From Candidatus Latescibacterota bacterium (GTDB taxonomy: Bacteria > Latescibacterota > UBA2968 > UBA8231): DNA of 64,000 bases. The first letter of the stretch is position 1, and each line of letters opens with the position of its first letter. The notes under the pieces were generated by a model. The model did not search any database, had not been told where the DNA came from, and saw only the letters and a program-made list of their open reading frames with translations. The stretch lies in contig OY730476.1 of the NCBI GenBank assembly GCA_963422735.1, positions 320,001-384,000 on the forward strand, given 5' to 3'. This document shows, one piece after another, positions 1 through 10,627 of this stretch. Both the position numbers and the translations under genes were made by a program.

Positions 1-224
1 ATCGCCAAAAATCGCGCGCCGCAGCGCGTCGTTCAAGTGCGACAACGGTACGCCACTTCTCCACGGCGTTTGGTGTGCAAAGGGGCGTTTCCTGTCTCAA
101 AGGCCTAGGCGATCCGCCTGCCACACGGGCGCGAGGGCCTGCGCGCCAGCATCGCCTTTTTCCTACTCAAAGCTGAAATTGACCAACCACTCGCGGTGCT
201 GGGCCGCTTACAAAGGAGCTAGGC

Positions 225-1301
225 GTGAAAATCACCAAAGTAAAAACCATTCAGATAGAGACCCCGCGCTACTATGGCCACATCTCCGGGCACGTGCTGG
301 TCAAGGTCTTTGTCGATGACGGCCCGGTGGGCTGGGGCGAGGCGTCCGACAGCCGCGCCGAGGATTTGTCGACCATTGCCCGGCAGTACAATGAGCTGCT
401 AGTGGGGCGGGACGCCGGGGCCATTACCGAGATCAACGAGCTGTTGCGCGGCCACACCTTCCACAGCTCAGTGACCGACCTCCACCTCGCCTCGGCGATT
501 GATCTGGCGCTCTACGATCTCAATGGCAAGGCCCAAGGGGTTCCGGCCTACCGGCTTTTGGGCGGCAAGATGCGGGAGAGGCTCTATTGCTGCTATCCAA
601 TTTTTGGCTGGCAGGTAAAAGAGGACTTCGAGCGTACGCTGGGCTATCTCCAGCGGCTGCTCGACTTGGGCCATCACCTGTTTCGCTACTACGTGTCGGG
701 CGATAGCGCACTCGACGACCGCTTCCTCGGCGAGGCCAAACGCCGCTTCGACGATCGGCTCAAGCTCAAGTCCATCGACTTTTCTGGCCGCTTCACCGAT
801 TGGGAGACGGCCGTCCGCTACGCCGATGTCCTTCGCCACCACGCGCCCTATCACTTTGAGCAGCCCACACGCAGTCTGCGGATCTCGGCCGAATTTGTGC
901 GGCGGGTTGACTTGCCGGTGAGCTGGCACATCAACAGCTTGGAGTTGGGAATGGAAGCCATCGAAAGAAGGGCCTGCACGGCTTTTAACCTGGCCTGTGT
1001 CTGCGGCGGCCCGACCCATATCCGCCGACTTTTCGCCTTGGCGGAGGCGGCCGGGTTCCGCTGCCTGATTGGCACCGATCAAGAATCGACGCTGGGGGTT
1101 TCGGCGCAGGTCAGCGTTGGCATCGCCATGCCCAACACCAACTTGCCCTGCGACCCAATGGGGCCGGTGCTATACACGGCTTCGCCGGCCGTGGAAAGGG
1201 TGCGGGCCGAGGGCAGCTACTTGTATCCGCTTGAAGGGCCGGGCCTCGGCGTGGAGATCGACGCGGACAAGCTAAGCGCAATAACCGCAGAGGAAGCCTG
1301 A
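225..1301 (+). CDS. Mandelate racemase/muconate lactonizing enzyme family (enolase superfamily) protein
   Basis: N-terminal MKITKVKT..GWGEA, SAIDLALYDLNGKAQGVPAYRLLGG motif, C-terminal GPGLGVEID; RBS AGGAG before GTG start. Confidence 0.9.
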   Translation: MKITKVKTIQIETPRYYGHISGHVLVKVFVDDGPVGWGEASDSRAEDLSTIARQYNELLVGRDAGAITEINELLRGHTFHSSVTDLHLASAIDLALYDLNGKAQGVPAYRLLGGKMRERLYCCYPIFGWQVKEDFERTLGYLQRLLDLGHHLFRYYVSGDSALDDRFLGEAKRRFDDRLKLKSIDFSGRFTDWETAVRYADVLRHHAPYHFEQPTRSLRISAEFVRRVDLPVSWHINSLELGMEAIERRACTAFNLACVCGGPTHIRRLFALAEAAGFRCLIGTDQESTLGVSAQVSVGIAMPNTNLPCDPMGPVLYTASPAVERVRAEGSYLYPLEGPGLGVEIDADKLSAITAEEA

Positions 1302-1413
1302 TTAGTGGTTAGTAGATAGGGACCACTGCTTTGCCGTTGACCCTTCGCCGGTTGTGCCGCAGTATATATCCTTTCGACAATACTTGAGTTACATACATAA
1401 ACAGGAGCGGAAA

Positions 1414-2406
1414 ATGAGCGAGGAAAACCGAGCGACTTGGGCCGACAATTGGCTCGGGTATCGGGAGGAAATCAAGGTCGTCGATGTCACGATACGCGAT
1501 GGCGGCCTGATGAACGACCATTGGTTCGACGACGAGGTGGTCACAGGCGTGTACGAGGCCTGCGTCGAGGCCGGAATCGACTACATGGAAATCGGCTACA
1601 TCAACTCGCGGGAGCAGTTTCCGTCCAGCGAGTTTGGGCCGTGGAAGCACTGCCGCGAGGAGGACATCCGCCGCATCGTCGGCGACAACAACACCTCGCT
1701 GAAGTTAGCGGCCATGGCCGACGCCGAAAAAAGCGATTACAAAACGGACATACTGCCGGCATCTGAAAGCGTGTTGGACATGATCCGCGTGGCCACCTAT
1801 ATCCACCAAATGTCGCTGGCGTTGGACATGATTAAGGACGCCCGCGACAAGGGCTATGAAACGACCCTAAACTTAATGGCCGTTTCCACCGTGCCGGAGT
1901 CCGAGGTCAAGAGTGCGCTGGAGATGCTGGTGCGCTCAGACGTGGGAGCTATTTACGTGGTCGATAGCTTTGGCTCGCTCTACAGCGAGCAGGTCCGCGC
2001 ACTTTGCAACATGTTTTTCGAATACTGCGAGGGGACCCCAATCGAGGTCGGGATCCACGCGCATAACAATCGGCAACTGGCCTTTGCCAATACCATCGAA
2101 GCTGTAGTGTTGGGAGCCAATTGCGCGGACGCGAGTTTCGCCGGCTTGGGCCGCGGCGCGGGCAACTGCCAGATGGAGCTTTTGTTGGGCTTTTTGCACA
2201 ACCCGAAATTTCGCTTGCGCCCAGTGCTCAAGTGCATTGAGGAGCACATAGAGTCGCTGCGCTCCAAGCTGCTGTGGGGCTACGACTATCCCTACATGAT
2301 CACCGGCCTGCTCAACCAGCACCCGCGGGCCGGCATGGCGTTCAACGCCTCTGAGGACCGAGGCAAAATCATCCAATTCTACGACCAGATGGAAGAGCAG
2401 GAGTGA
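1414..2406 (+). CDS. DRE-TIM metallolyase (HMGL-like, 4-hydroxy-2-oxovalerate aldolase-like)
   Basis: DVTIRDGG, HAHNNRQLAFAN, GLGRGAGNC motifs; ATG at 1414 follows AGGAG. Confidence 0.85.
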   Translation: MSEENRATWADNWLGYREEIKVVDVTIRDGGLMNDHWFDDEVVTGVYEACVEAGIDYMEIGYINSREQFPSSEFGPWKHCREEDIRRIVGDNNTSLKLAAMADAEKSDYKTDILPASESVLDMIRVATYIHQMSLALDMIKDARDKGYETTLNLMAVSTVPESEVKSALEMLVRSDVGAIYVVDSFGSLYSEQVRALCNMFFEYCEGTPIEVGIHAHNNRQLAFANTIEAVVLGANCADASFAGLGRGAGNCQMELLLGFLHNPKFRLRPVLKCIEEHIESLRSKLLWGYDYPYMITGLLNQHPRAGMAFNASEDRGKIIQFYDQMEEQE

Positions 2407-2569
2407 TCTCGACAGCCTAGTGCAAGCGGCGGCAAGACGTCCCGGTGGATAGAGGTACTCCAGCGGGACATCTTGGTTATAAAACATTGCAAAATTGCTA
2501 CCGGTTTAAAAAATTGAGAACAGAGAAACTCAATCGGCCGTAGAGCCGACGCGAAAGGAGGAATCACTT

Positions 2570-3000
2570 GTGGCAGTAACAGTCAGTCTAATATGAAGGG
2601 CGGGGTCGGCAAGACGACGATTGCGTCACAGTTGGCGCATGCTGCCGTCTCGGATAGCCTAAAGGTCCTAGCTGTAGATATGGACCCACAGTCGAATTTG
2701 AGCCAAGCCATGATAGGGGTTCGTAAGTATGTAGATCATTTACGAGACAATCGTCCCACTATCGTACAGATATTTGAAGATTATATCCCCGCCGGAGGGG
2801 CTAGCGGATCTCCCCGTCCTATTGATCTTGACGAGGTAATTGTACGGGGTATTGGGTATAAGGGTAACAAGCCGGATCTCATTCCTTCTCGCCTTGAACT
2901 GAGCCGAACGCTCAAAAACCCGACCGGGAAAGCTGTTCGATTGACTAACTGCGAAAACTCGACGAAGAGACGCGAGGCAGCAGAAGCGACCTTGGGATAA
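2570..3000 (+). pseudogene. Truncated, frameshifted ParA/Soj-family ATPase
   Basis: KGGVGKTT Walker A and VDMDPQSNLS; GTG start (VAVTVSL) is out of frame with MKGG and the ORF stops at about half of normal ParA length. Confidence 0.75.
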
Positions 3001-3115
3001 TTACCGACCAGATACTCGGCCATAGCAATAACGCAGGCGGACGCACCTGATCGACTATCTCCTCGGCAACCCTGCGCTGAAAAGGCTCAGCGGGGACGCC
3101 TTCGCCGCCCGCTCT

Positions 3116-3718
3116 TCAGTACCAGAGATAGCTGGCGTTGAAGGCGATGGCTAGGCCGGTGATGTCGGCTCTGACTACCTGGTCGTCGATTGTGGCCTCG
3201 GCACTTGGCGTGCCCCATCCGACGGTGCCTTGGACCATCCAGTGCTTGCGCATTTCGTAGCCTATGCTGCCGGCCAGCCCGACGCCATCGAGGACATTGT
3301 TGCCCCCGTCGTTCCAGCGCGCGGTGCCGATGATGACGTCGACGAAGGGCGACGGAGCGCTTTTTTTGAAGAAATAGGTCGCGCTAAAGCCATCGACATC
3401 AAAGCGCGTGTTGCCCCTTTTGACCGCTGTGCCGAGGAGCTTGGTGTCGGCGTCGTCCGCGTCGCTACCCAAGTCCATGACCCAGCCCAAGACGAGATGG
3501 TCGGTGAGGCCGTATCCAAACCGGAGGGCGGTCTCAAACGTCGAGTCGCTGTCCTCGCGTCGGGTGGACTCACCAGCGATGAGCCACTCCTGCTCAATGA
3601 ACTGGTAGCCCGGCCCGAGGCTAAGACCGAACAGAAATCCCTCGCGCCTTGCATCAAAGGCGTGGGCGGAAAGCGGCAGCGCGAGCAAGAGGGCGAGCAA
3701 AGGCAAGGCGCGTTGCAT
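3116..3718 (-). CDS. Outer-membrane beta-barrel protein (hypothetical)
   Basis: Signal peptide ending AHA, amphipathic beta-strand pattern, aromatic C-terminus (FNASYLWY). Confidence 0.65.
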   Translation of the reverse strand: MQRALPLLALLLALPLSAHAFDARREGFLFGLSLGPGYQFIEQEWLIAGESTRREDSDSTFETALRFGYGLTDHLVLGWVMDLGSDADDADTKLLGTAVKRGNTRFDVDGFSATYFFKKSAPSPFVDVIIGTARWNDGGNNVLDGVGLAGSIGYEMRKHWMVQGTVGWGTPSAEATIDDQVVRADITGLAIAFNASYLWY

Positions 3719-3859
3719 GATGAAGCTCCATGTAGGGTATGGGGTTGAATGGGAAAAAAGAGGGTCTTAAACGGGCTGTCAAATTATCTAACACCGCTAC
3801 CAGTGAAAAGTGCCAGCGCGCAGCGGCGGGTGCCCTACTGGTCGCAGCAGACTAAGGTG

Positions 3860-4257
3860 CGCGCCGGGGCGTACCTAACGCTGGCTAGGTGCTGGCAGCC
3901 CGGCGATACCATTGACCTCGAGATGGACCTGTCAATGCACTACTGGCAGGGCGAAGAGGAGGGCCGCGATAGGTCTCGATTTTTAGGGGGCCGGTGCTCT
4001 TGACCTACGACCGCCGGCTCAACACCGTGGACCCGGACGAGGTGCCGGCATTCGACTCGGTGGGTCTGCGGGGGAATTTGGTGGAGTCCGAGGCTATGGT
4101 GGCGATGGATTTTATTGCTGTGGATGGCAGCACACTGCGCTTGTGCGACTTTGCCAGTACCGGGGAGGGCGGTTCGCCGCATTGCTCCTGGCTGCGCGTT
4201 GTCAACGCGCCCCAAACGCCTTTTTCACGCGAGAATCCGCTCCGCAGCGGGCGGTAG
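3860..4257 (+). pseudogene. C-terminal remnant of a GH127-like glycoside hydrolase
   Basis: GAYLTLARCWQPGDTIDLEMD then, in another frame, GPVLLTYD..LRLCDFASTG; no N-terminal catalytic domain. Confidence 0.5.
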
Positions 4258-4271
4258 AAGGAGCCTGTGTC

Positions 4272-5603
4272 ATGCGCGATCATTCGGTGCGCCGCTCATT
4301 GCAAATCTACGAGCGCGCCAAAGCGCTCATCCCCGGTACCACCCAGCTCATCAGCCGCCGCCCGACTCGGGCCGCGTTCGGCGTCAGCCCCATCTACGCC
4401 GAGCGCGCCAAAGGCTGCCGCATCTGGGATGTGGATGGCAACGAATACATCGATTGGACCAGCGCCGTGGGGCCGGTGATCTTGGGCTATGCCGACGAGG
4501 TCGTTGATGCCGCGGTCCGCGCCCAGATCGACCGAGGGACGATCTACAGCATTGTCCAAGAATCGGCCGTAGAACTAGCCGAAGAGTTGGTGCGGATTGT
4601 GCCCTCGGCAGAAATGGTGCGCTACTGCAAGGGCGGGGGCGAGGCCTGTACCATTGCGGTGCGGATCGCACGCGGGGTCACCGGCCGCGACAAGGTGCTG
4701 TTTTGCGGGTACCATGGCTGGCACGACTGGTACCAGGCCGCCAACATCGGGGCCGAGCGGCTGGCCGCTCATCTTTTCAATGGTATTGAGCCGATTGGCG
4801 TGCCTCGCTGTCTGGAGGGCACAGCCCTGCCTTTTACCTATGGCGATATCGATGAACTCACCGCCCTGATCGAAGCGCACGCCGGCGAGTTGGCCTGTAT
4901 CATCATGGAGCCGATGCGCTCCGACGAGCCGCCGCCGGGCTATCTCGACAAGGTGCGGGAGTTGGCGTCGCACTACGGGGTGGTGCTGATCTTCGACGAG
5001 GTCTCCTCTGGGTTTCGCCTAGCCTTGGGCAGTGCCCAGGAATACACGGGCGTGACGCCGGATATATCCGTTTTTGCCAAGGCCATCTCCAACGGCTATC
5101 CAATGGGCGCAGTGGTCGGCAAGCGGGAGGTTATGGCTCCAGCCGAGCAGATGTTTATCTCTAGTGCCTATTGGGACGACAACATCGGCGTGGCGGCCTC
5201 GCTGGCGACCTTGCGCGAGTTGGAGCGCCGCGACGCGGTGGGCCACTTCCAGCGCATCGGCACCTTCTTTAAGGAGCAGATCGACGCGGCCGCGGCTGCC
5301 GTCGGGCTCGACGCTAGCTGCGAGGGAGTGGCCGCGCATCCCCGCATCCGCTTGGGCGCGGAGGATGCCGCGACGGCCGTCAAAGTCAACACGCTGTTCA
5401 TCCAAGAAAACGCCCGCCGCGGCGTGATCTTGGCGACTGGGTTCATGTTCAATTGCGCCCACGGCGAGGCCGAGGTCGAACAGACCGCGGCCGTGGTGCG
5501 GGAGAGTTTTGCCGTTATTACCGAGGGCTTGGATCGCGGGGCCTTGGACGAACTGCTCGAAGTACCGCCTCAGGAAGATCTTTTTCGGCGGCTAGTGCGC
5601 TAA
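4272..5603 (+). CDS. Class III PLP aminotransferase (glutamate-1-semialdehyde aminomutase-like)
   Basis: WDVDGNEYID, LIFDEVSSGFR, FAKAISNGYPMGA (PLP lysine); ATG 4272 after AAGGAG. Confidence 0.9.
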   Translation: MRDHSVRRSLQIYERAKALIPGTTQLISRRPTRAAFGVSPIYAERAKGCRIWDVDGNEYIDWTSAVGPVILGYADEVVDAAVRAQIDRGTIYSIVQESAVELAEELVRIVPSAEMVRYCKGGGEACTIAVRIARGVTGRDKVLFCGYHGWHDWYQAANIGAERLAAHLFNGIEPIGVPRCLEGTALPFTYGDIDELTALIEAHAGELACIIMEPMRSDEPPPGYLDKVRELASHYGVVLIFDEVSSGFRLALGSAQEYTGVTPDISVFAKAISNGYPMGAVVGKREVMAPAEQMFISSAYWDDNIGVAASLATLRELERRDAVGHFQRIGTFFKEQIDAAAAAVGLDASCEGVAAHPRIRLGAEDAATAVKVNTLFIQENARRGVILATGFMFNCAHGEAEVEQTAAVVRESFAVITEGLDRGALDELLEVPPQEDLFRRLVR

Positions 5604-5606
5604 AGC

Positions 5607-6716
5607 TTAGGGAGTAATCTCGGCAAAGACGGTGATTAAGCGAGGGAAGAAGGTGGCGAAGGTCGGGTAGCGGTCGCGCTGGGATTCGTATTCTTCGAGG
5701 CGGTGTGCTATGGCGTGGATGTAGCGGAAGCCGCGCCCGGATTCTTCATGCAGCGCCCGGCGACCCGCTTCTGCACCGAGGTGATGGTGGGCAAGACGAG
5801 CGGTGACGGCGCGGATGAGGTGTTCATTGGCGCAGTCGAGCCAGTTCGTGTAGCCGATGCTGGCCATCTGTTCGGCCAGCGGGGCGAATAGGTCGGCATG
5901 GGGTCTCAGCATTGGATAGTACTCCCCGCTGAGGGGGTTGACGAAGGCGTGACTGAACTCGTGCCATATAATCTGCAACAGTTGATCGCGAGGGCCGTAT
6001 TCGGGTAGGCCGTGCGTGGCGTCCGTGGGGCCGAGCAGCGTATAGACATCGTACGGCCCTTTAGAGCGTCCGATGTGCGGGCCAAACCCTCCGTGGTGCA
6101 AGAGCGGGCTGAGGACGAGGTGATAGCTGATTTGGCGGGTGCCGAAATAGGCCTCGACTTCGCTGGTGGGATCGGCGCCAGCCAGTTCCTCAAGGAGGCG
6201 GGCCCTGATGAGGCGGTAGAGCTTTTGGCTGCGGGTGAAGAAGTGGTTGAATTGGGTCTGGCGAGCAAAATTGCGCAAGGCGTGGACGAAGCGCGTAAAG
6301 TTTTCCTCGCCGCGGAAGGCGCGATAGATATGGGGGGGAATGGGTTGGATTAGTTCTAATACGGGTGGATCGGACAGGTAGAGCATGGCGGTTGGATAGG
6401 CATCGGACCACCCTGTGTCCAAGCTCAGGCTGCGAAAAAGAGCGACGGCCTGCTGAGGGGGATAGCGCGAGAAGTAGGTGATGAGGTCGCTCGCGTAGTC
6501 CACCCGATAGGGCGTCAGATAGCGATACTGGCTGAGGAGCTGGACCGCGGTGAGCAGTTCGAGGCGCGGGTCAGCACCAATGTACAGGCGTTGCTCGGCG
6601 TGGCCGCCGGAAGCTAAAAGCAGCGCAAGGCCAACGCATATACGATAAAAGCCGACTCGCAACGAGCCGGCTTTTAATTTTTCGGGACGAACTTCCAACG
6701 ATATCAGGAGGACCAA
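5607..6716 (-). CDS. DUF4932-like putative metallopeptidase-fold protein
   Basis: DPRLELL near N-terminus, HEFSHAFVNP (HExxH), NEHLIRAV; true start may be downstream. Confidence 0.65.
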   Translation of the reverse strand: MVLLISLEVRPEKLKAGSLRVGFYRICVGLALLLASGGHAEQRLYIGADPRLELLTAVQLLSQYRYLTPYRVDYASDLITYFSRYPPQQAVALFRSLSLDTGWSDAYPTAMLYLSDPPVLELIQPIPPHIYRAFRGEENFTRFVHALRNFARQTQFNHFFTRSQKLYRLIRARLLEELAGADPTSEVEAYFGTRQISYHLVLSPLLHHGGFGPHIGRSKGPYDVYTLLGPTDATHGLPEYGPRDQLLQIIWHEFSHAFVNPLSGEYYPMLRPHADLFAPLAEQMASIGYTNWLDCANEHLIRAVTARLAHHHLGAEAGRRALHEESGRGFRYIHAIAHRLEEYESQRDRYPTFATFFPRLITVFAEITP

Positions 6717-7042
6717 GAGCCGCCGGGGTTTGGTGCGGCTTGGTCGGCGGAGCGGGTGTCGTGCAGGGCTTCTTTGAGCTGTTTACCCGGCTTGAAGTGG
6801 GTCTTGCGGCGGGCGGGCACGTACACTACTTCACCGGTGCGCGGGTTGCGTGCAGCGGGCTTGGGCTTGGTGTCTTTGACTTCGAGGACGCCGAAACCCC
6901 TGATTTCGATGCGGTTCCCTTCGATAAGTGTTTCGCGCATGGCCTCGAAAAGGCTATCGACCATTTGCAAAGTCAGGTTGTTTTTGCAGCCGAGCGTATC
7001 GGCAACCGACCGCGCTAGGTCCTTCTTGGTTATCGTGGCCAC
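6704..7042 (-). CDS. HU/IHF-family DNA-binding protein
   Basis: TKKDL, IEIRGFGVLEV, ARNPRTGE, HFKPGKQLK. Confidence 0.95.
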   Translation of the reverse strand: MATITKKDLARSVADTLGCKNNLTLQMVDSLFEAMRETLIEGNRIEIRGFGVLEVKDTKPKPAARNPRTGEVVYVPARRKTHFKPGKQLKEALHDTRSADQAAPNPGGSWSS

Positions 7043-7166
7043 TAAAACCTCTATAGATGAGGAGTTAAACCGGCTCTGATTTTGTGCATAAGTGCTTGTA
7101 TTATACGAAATTCTGAGACTTAATCAAGAGAAAAGTAACTAATAAAGAAACAAAGACATAAGCGCG

Positions 7167-8174
7167 TCACGGGACTTGTAAATGAGGGTCGGAAAGGGTT
7201 TTCAAAAAAGCTACTAGGGCGCGTTTGTCGGCCGGATTGAGGTCGAGGTTGGGCCGGACGAGCAACAGCGGGTCGGCGAGGATAGTGCGGTGAAAGCCGG
7301 AGTCGTAGTGCTCGACGACCTCCTCTAGGGTCTGAAAGCGGCCATCGTGCATATAGGGCGCGGTGTATTCTACGTTGCGCAGGGTTGGCGTCTTGAATTT
7401 GCCGCGGTCGAGGCGTTTCCCGGTGAGTGCGGCCAACCCCTCATCCGGGGGATCTAGGTCGAGACCATTGTTGTGAAACTCGTTGTCGGTGAAAAGCGGC
7501 GCGACGTGGCAGTGGAAGCAGTCGCCCGCCTCAGTGTGAAAGAGGAGGAAGCCCCGTTCTTCTTCTGGGGTAAACGCCGCTTGGCCAGCTAGCCGGCGGT
7601 CGTATTTGCTGTCCGCCGCAATGAGGGTGCGCTCAAATTGGGCGATGGCTTGGACGACGCGTTGCTGGTCAATAGGCACGTCGCCAAAGGCACGGGCGAA
7701 GAGCGCGGGATATTCGGCGTGGCGCTCTAGTTTGGCCACCACGCGGTCCCAATCCTCGCCCATTTCCACGGACCTCTGCACGGGTTCGAGGGCTTGGTCT
7801 TCGAGGCTGGCCGCCCGTCCGTCCCAGAAAAAGGACGAGCTCCAGAGCAGGTTAAAAAGCGGCATGGAGTTGCGGCTGGTGACGCCGCCGACGCCTTGGC
7901 TAAAGGGCCGCGGATCGGAGAAAGCGTGGGCGGGCAGGTGGCACGAGGTGCAGGAGATGGTGCTATCGACGGAGAGGATGGGGTCGGCAAAGAGCCGCTT
8001 TCCAAGGGCGATGCCCTCGACGGTCAGGGGATTATCCGGCGGGATTGTCGGCGCGGGAAATCCCGTCGGCACGGCCAGTTCATAGGGCGTTGGGGCAGGC
8101 GGAGGGGTAGGGGATACGCCCGCGTCTTTGCCACAGGCGACTAGCCCTAGCAGGATCAGTGCTCCAAGCCCCAT
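7167..8174 (-). CDS. mbnH: Di-heme cytochrome c peroxidase, MbnH/MauG-like lipoprotein
   Basis: Lipobox LVAC, two CxxCH (CTSCH, CFHCH), FWDGR, FKTPTLRNV, APYMHDG; directly downstream of an MbnP-like gene. Confidence 0.8.
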   Translation of the reverse strand: MGLGALILLGLVACGKDAGVSPTPPPAPTPYELAVPTGFPAPTIPPDNPLTVEGIALGKRLFADPILSVDSTISCTSCHLPAHAFSDPRPFSQGVGGVTSRNSMPLFNLLWSSSFFWDGRAASLEDQALEPVQRSVEMGEDWDRVVAKLERHAEYPALFARAFGDVPIDQQRVVQAIAQFERTLIAADSKYDRRLAGQAAFTPEEERGFLLFHTEAGDCFHCHVAPLFTDNEFHNNGLDLDPPDEGLAALTGKRLDRGKFKTPTLRNVEYTAPYMHDGRFQTLEEVVEHYDSGFHRTILADPLLLVRPNLDLNPADKRALVAFLKTLSDPHLQVP

Positions 8175-8177
8175 GGG

Positions 8178-8963
8178 TTATCCCCCTAAGTGTTCGTGGT
8201 GGTCTTGTGCGACTTCCTCTTCCCCGGGGTTTTGGCCGACGGGGTCGAGGTGCCCGATGTGCCCTAGGGAAAAGACCGTAGCGCCGTTGCCCTGCAAGGT
8301 AAACTGCGCGTCGGCGTTGCCCATAATCCCGCCGCGGCCGTTAAAGTCGTACAGCGATGGCGCGTCGTACCACTCGTTGAGGTCCATCACCACGGCGATT
8401 GCCCACTCGTCTCCGCTGACTGTTAGGGAAAGCGGTAGAGAGACGGCAAATGAAAAGTCTTCTCCGCCCGCTGGCCCGGTGTGCGTGAGAAAGGCTCCCT
8501 CGCCGTCCTCGGTGCGGAAGAGGCCCTCCATGCGCATGTAGTGGTAGCCGCCGCCCATAGGCACCGGCCAAGCCATGTTGTTGAAGTGATCGACGCTCGG
8601 CAGCGCGCCGGCCTCATTTTTAGCACCGTCGATGCCAAAGGTAAAGTGCAGAGCAGTGTATTCGCCACCGGGTACCTTGGATGAAACGCTGCGGGTCGCA
8701 CCCACAAAGGCGTTGCAGTAGTGGAATTCTGCCAGGGCGACGCGCTTGCCTCCGGCCGTCTCTAAGGCGATATCCGAGACGATGTACTCTAGGCGGGTGA
8801 CGCCGTATTTACTGTCGGCGGCATTGGTGTAGAGGATATCCTCGTGCTTGAGACCGACTCCGGCGACGATGTGGTTGAAGTGGACGGTCACCTCGCCTTG
8901 GTCTTCATCGGGGTCGCCGCAGGCTATCAAAAAGCAACAAGCGGCCAATATGAGGTGTTTCAT
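8178..8963 (-). CDS. mbnP: MbnP-family protein
   Basis: Lipobox LIAC, RLEYIVSDIAL, FTFGIDG, MAWPVPMGGGYHYMRMEG; paired with di-heme peroxidase. Confidence 0.75.
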   Translation of the reverse strand: MKHLILAACCFLIACGDPDEDQGEVTVHFNHIVAGVGLKHEDILYTNAADSKYGVTRLEYIVSDIALETAGGKRVALAEFHYCNAFVGATRSVSSKVPGGEYTALHFTFGIDGAKNEAGALPSVDHFNNMAWPVPMGGGYHYMRMEGLFRTEDGEGAFLTHTGPAGGEDFSFAVSLPLSLTVSGDEWAIAVVMDLNEWYDAPSLYDFNGRGGIMGNADAQFTLQGNGATVFSLGHIGHLDPVGQNPGEEEVAQDHHEHLGG

Positions 8964-9136
8964 AGGGTATGCCTTTTTCAGAAGATGTTGAGTTGGTAGT
9001 TCAGGCCCAATAGCACGAGGTGAGCGGCTGTGAGCTGAATCTTCCTTTTTGTATTTTGGGTGCGATCAGCGAGAACTGCGATTCCGCTTGTTAGTCTGTT
9101 TTTAACACGGTACATTACCAAATAGGATGCGATAGG

Positions 9137-10627
9137 ATGCGCCAATTTGTCGAGTCTGTCCAAAGGACCAAGGGTAAGTCTGCTTCCGGTGAGCGTCCGC
9201 GGACGCGAATTGGCCACAAGCTGGTCCTGAGTTTCGTGCTGCTGGTCATGGTCGTGGTGGGGCTATCGGGCTGGGTGCTATTCGAGTTGACAGACCGCAG
9301 CTTGGAGCGGCAGATGCGCGGCCATCTCGTATCGGTTGCCACGCTAGTGAGCACGAACCTGTCCGGCAATGTGCTGCGCTTTTTGCACCCAGGCCGCGAG
9401 CACTCCAATCTCTACCGGACCCTAGTGGGTAAATTGCAGCGCGCCGAACAAGGGGTCGGTGCCCGGCACATCTTCGTTTTCGACCGCCAGTACCGCTCGC
9501 TGCTCGACACCGATGGCCTGATGCCCATTGGCCGCGAGTACCCCAAGCTGCTCTTCCACCGTCGGGAACTGGAGAGAGTTTGGAAGGGCTATACCGCGCA
9601 TTCGGTGCTTTTTTACGATGGCGATGTTCCATACATGACGGGCTACGCCCCGATCTTTTACGATGGCGAGGTCGTCGCGGCCGTCGGGGTCGAAATCGGG
9701 GCCGGGTTTGTGGACTCCATCCGCGTCTTCGGGCGGTCGGTATTGATCTTTGCCGGGTTGGGTGCGTTGCTCACCGTCGGGGTGGCATGGGGGTTGGCGC
9801 GGACCCTGACGCGGCCCATCCAAAAGCTGGTCGAGGCCGCGCGCGAAATTGGCCGGGGCAATATGGACCAAAAGGTGGTCACCGCGTCCGACGACGAAAT
9901 CGGCTATTTGGGCGAGACTATGGAGGAAATGCGGCGCAAGCTGGTCGCCCGCGACGCCCAACTGCGTCTCATGCTAGGCGGCGTGGCCCACGAGATCCGC
10001 AATCCGCTGGGCAGCATTGAGCTGTACGCCGGCCTGATCGCCGGCGACTTGCCGGCCAGCGACGAGCGCAAGCAACACATCGAGAAGGTCATCGAGGAAG
10101 TGCGCCGGCTCAATCGCGTAATTTCCGAGTTTCTCGCATTTGCCCGGCCGGTGCCGGCGCAGCCGCAGCCGATGGCGTTGGCTCCGCTGGTGTCCGACGC
10201 GGCCTTTTTGCTGGCCCCGGAAATGCAGGCGGCGGGCATTAGCTACGAGGAACATGTCGCGCCCGATCTGGTGTGCTGCATCGACGCTGAGCAAATGGAG
10301 CGGGTGCTGGTCAACTTGATGAAGAACGCCATCCAGGCTATGCGCGATGGCGGGCACTTGGCGGTGCGGGCCACGGCTGAAGGCGAGGAAGTCGTCGTCG
10401 AGGTAGCCGACGATGGCCCGGGCATGTCGGAGGCGGTGCAGGCGCGCCTCTTTGAGCCTTTCTTTACGACTAAAGAGCAGGGATCGGGTTTGGGGCTGGC
10501 GGTGGTGGCGCGGTCGGTTGAGGAAAATCGCGGCCGGATCGAAATAGACAGTCGTCAAGGCGAAGGTACGGTGTGCCGCCTGCGCCTGCCGCAGTCCAAG
10601 GATGGGGTGCCATGGGTAGGATTCTGA
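9137..10627 (+). CDS. HAMP-domain sensor histidine kinase
   Basis: Two TM helices, HAMP, H-box VAHEIRNPL, NLMKNA, DDGPG, PFFTTK, GSGLGL. Confidence 0.95.
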   Translation: MRQFVESVQRTKGKSASGERPRTRIGHKLVLSFVLLVMVVVGLSGWVLFELTDRSLERQMRGHLVSVATLVSTNLSGNVLRFLHPGREHSNLYRTLVGKLQRAEQGVGARHIFVFDRQYRSLLDTDGLMPIGREYPKLLFHRRELERVWKGYTAHSVLFYDGDVPYMTGYAPIFYDGEVVAAVGVEIGAGFVDSIRVFGRSVLIFAGLGALLTVGVAWGLARTLTRPIQKLVEAAREIGRGNMDQKVVTASDDEIGYLGETMEEMRRKLVARDAQLRLMLGGVAHEIRNPLGSIELYAGLIAGDLPASDERKQHIEKVIEEVRRLNRVISEFLAFARPVPAQPQPMALAPLVSDAAFLLAPEMQAAGISYEEHVAPDLVCCIDAEQMERVLVNLMKNAIQAMRDGGHLAVRATAEGEEVVVEVADDGPGMSEAVQARLFEPFFTTKEQGSGLGLAVVARSVEENRGRIEIDSRQGEGTVCRLRLPQSKDGVPWVGF

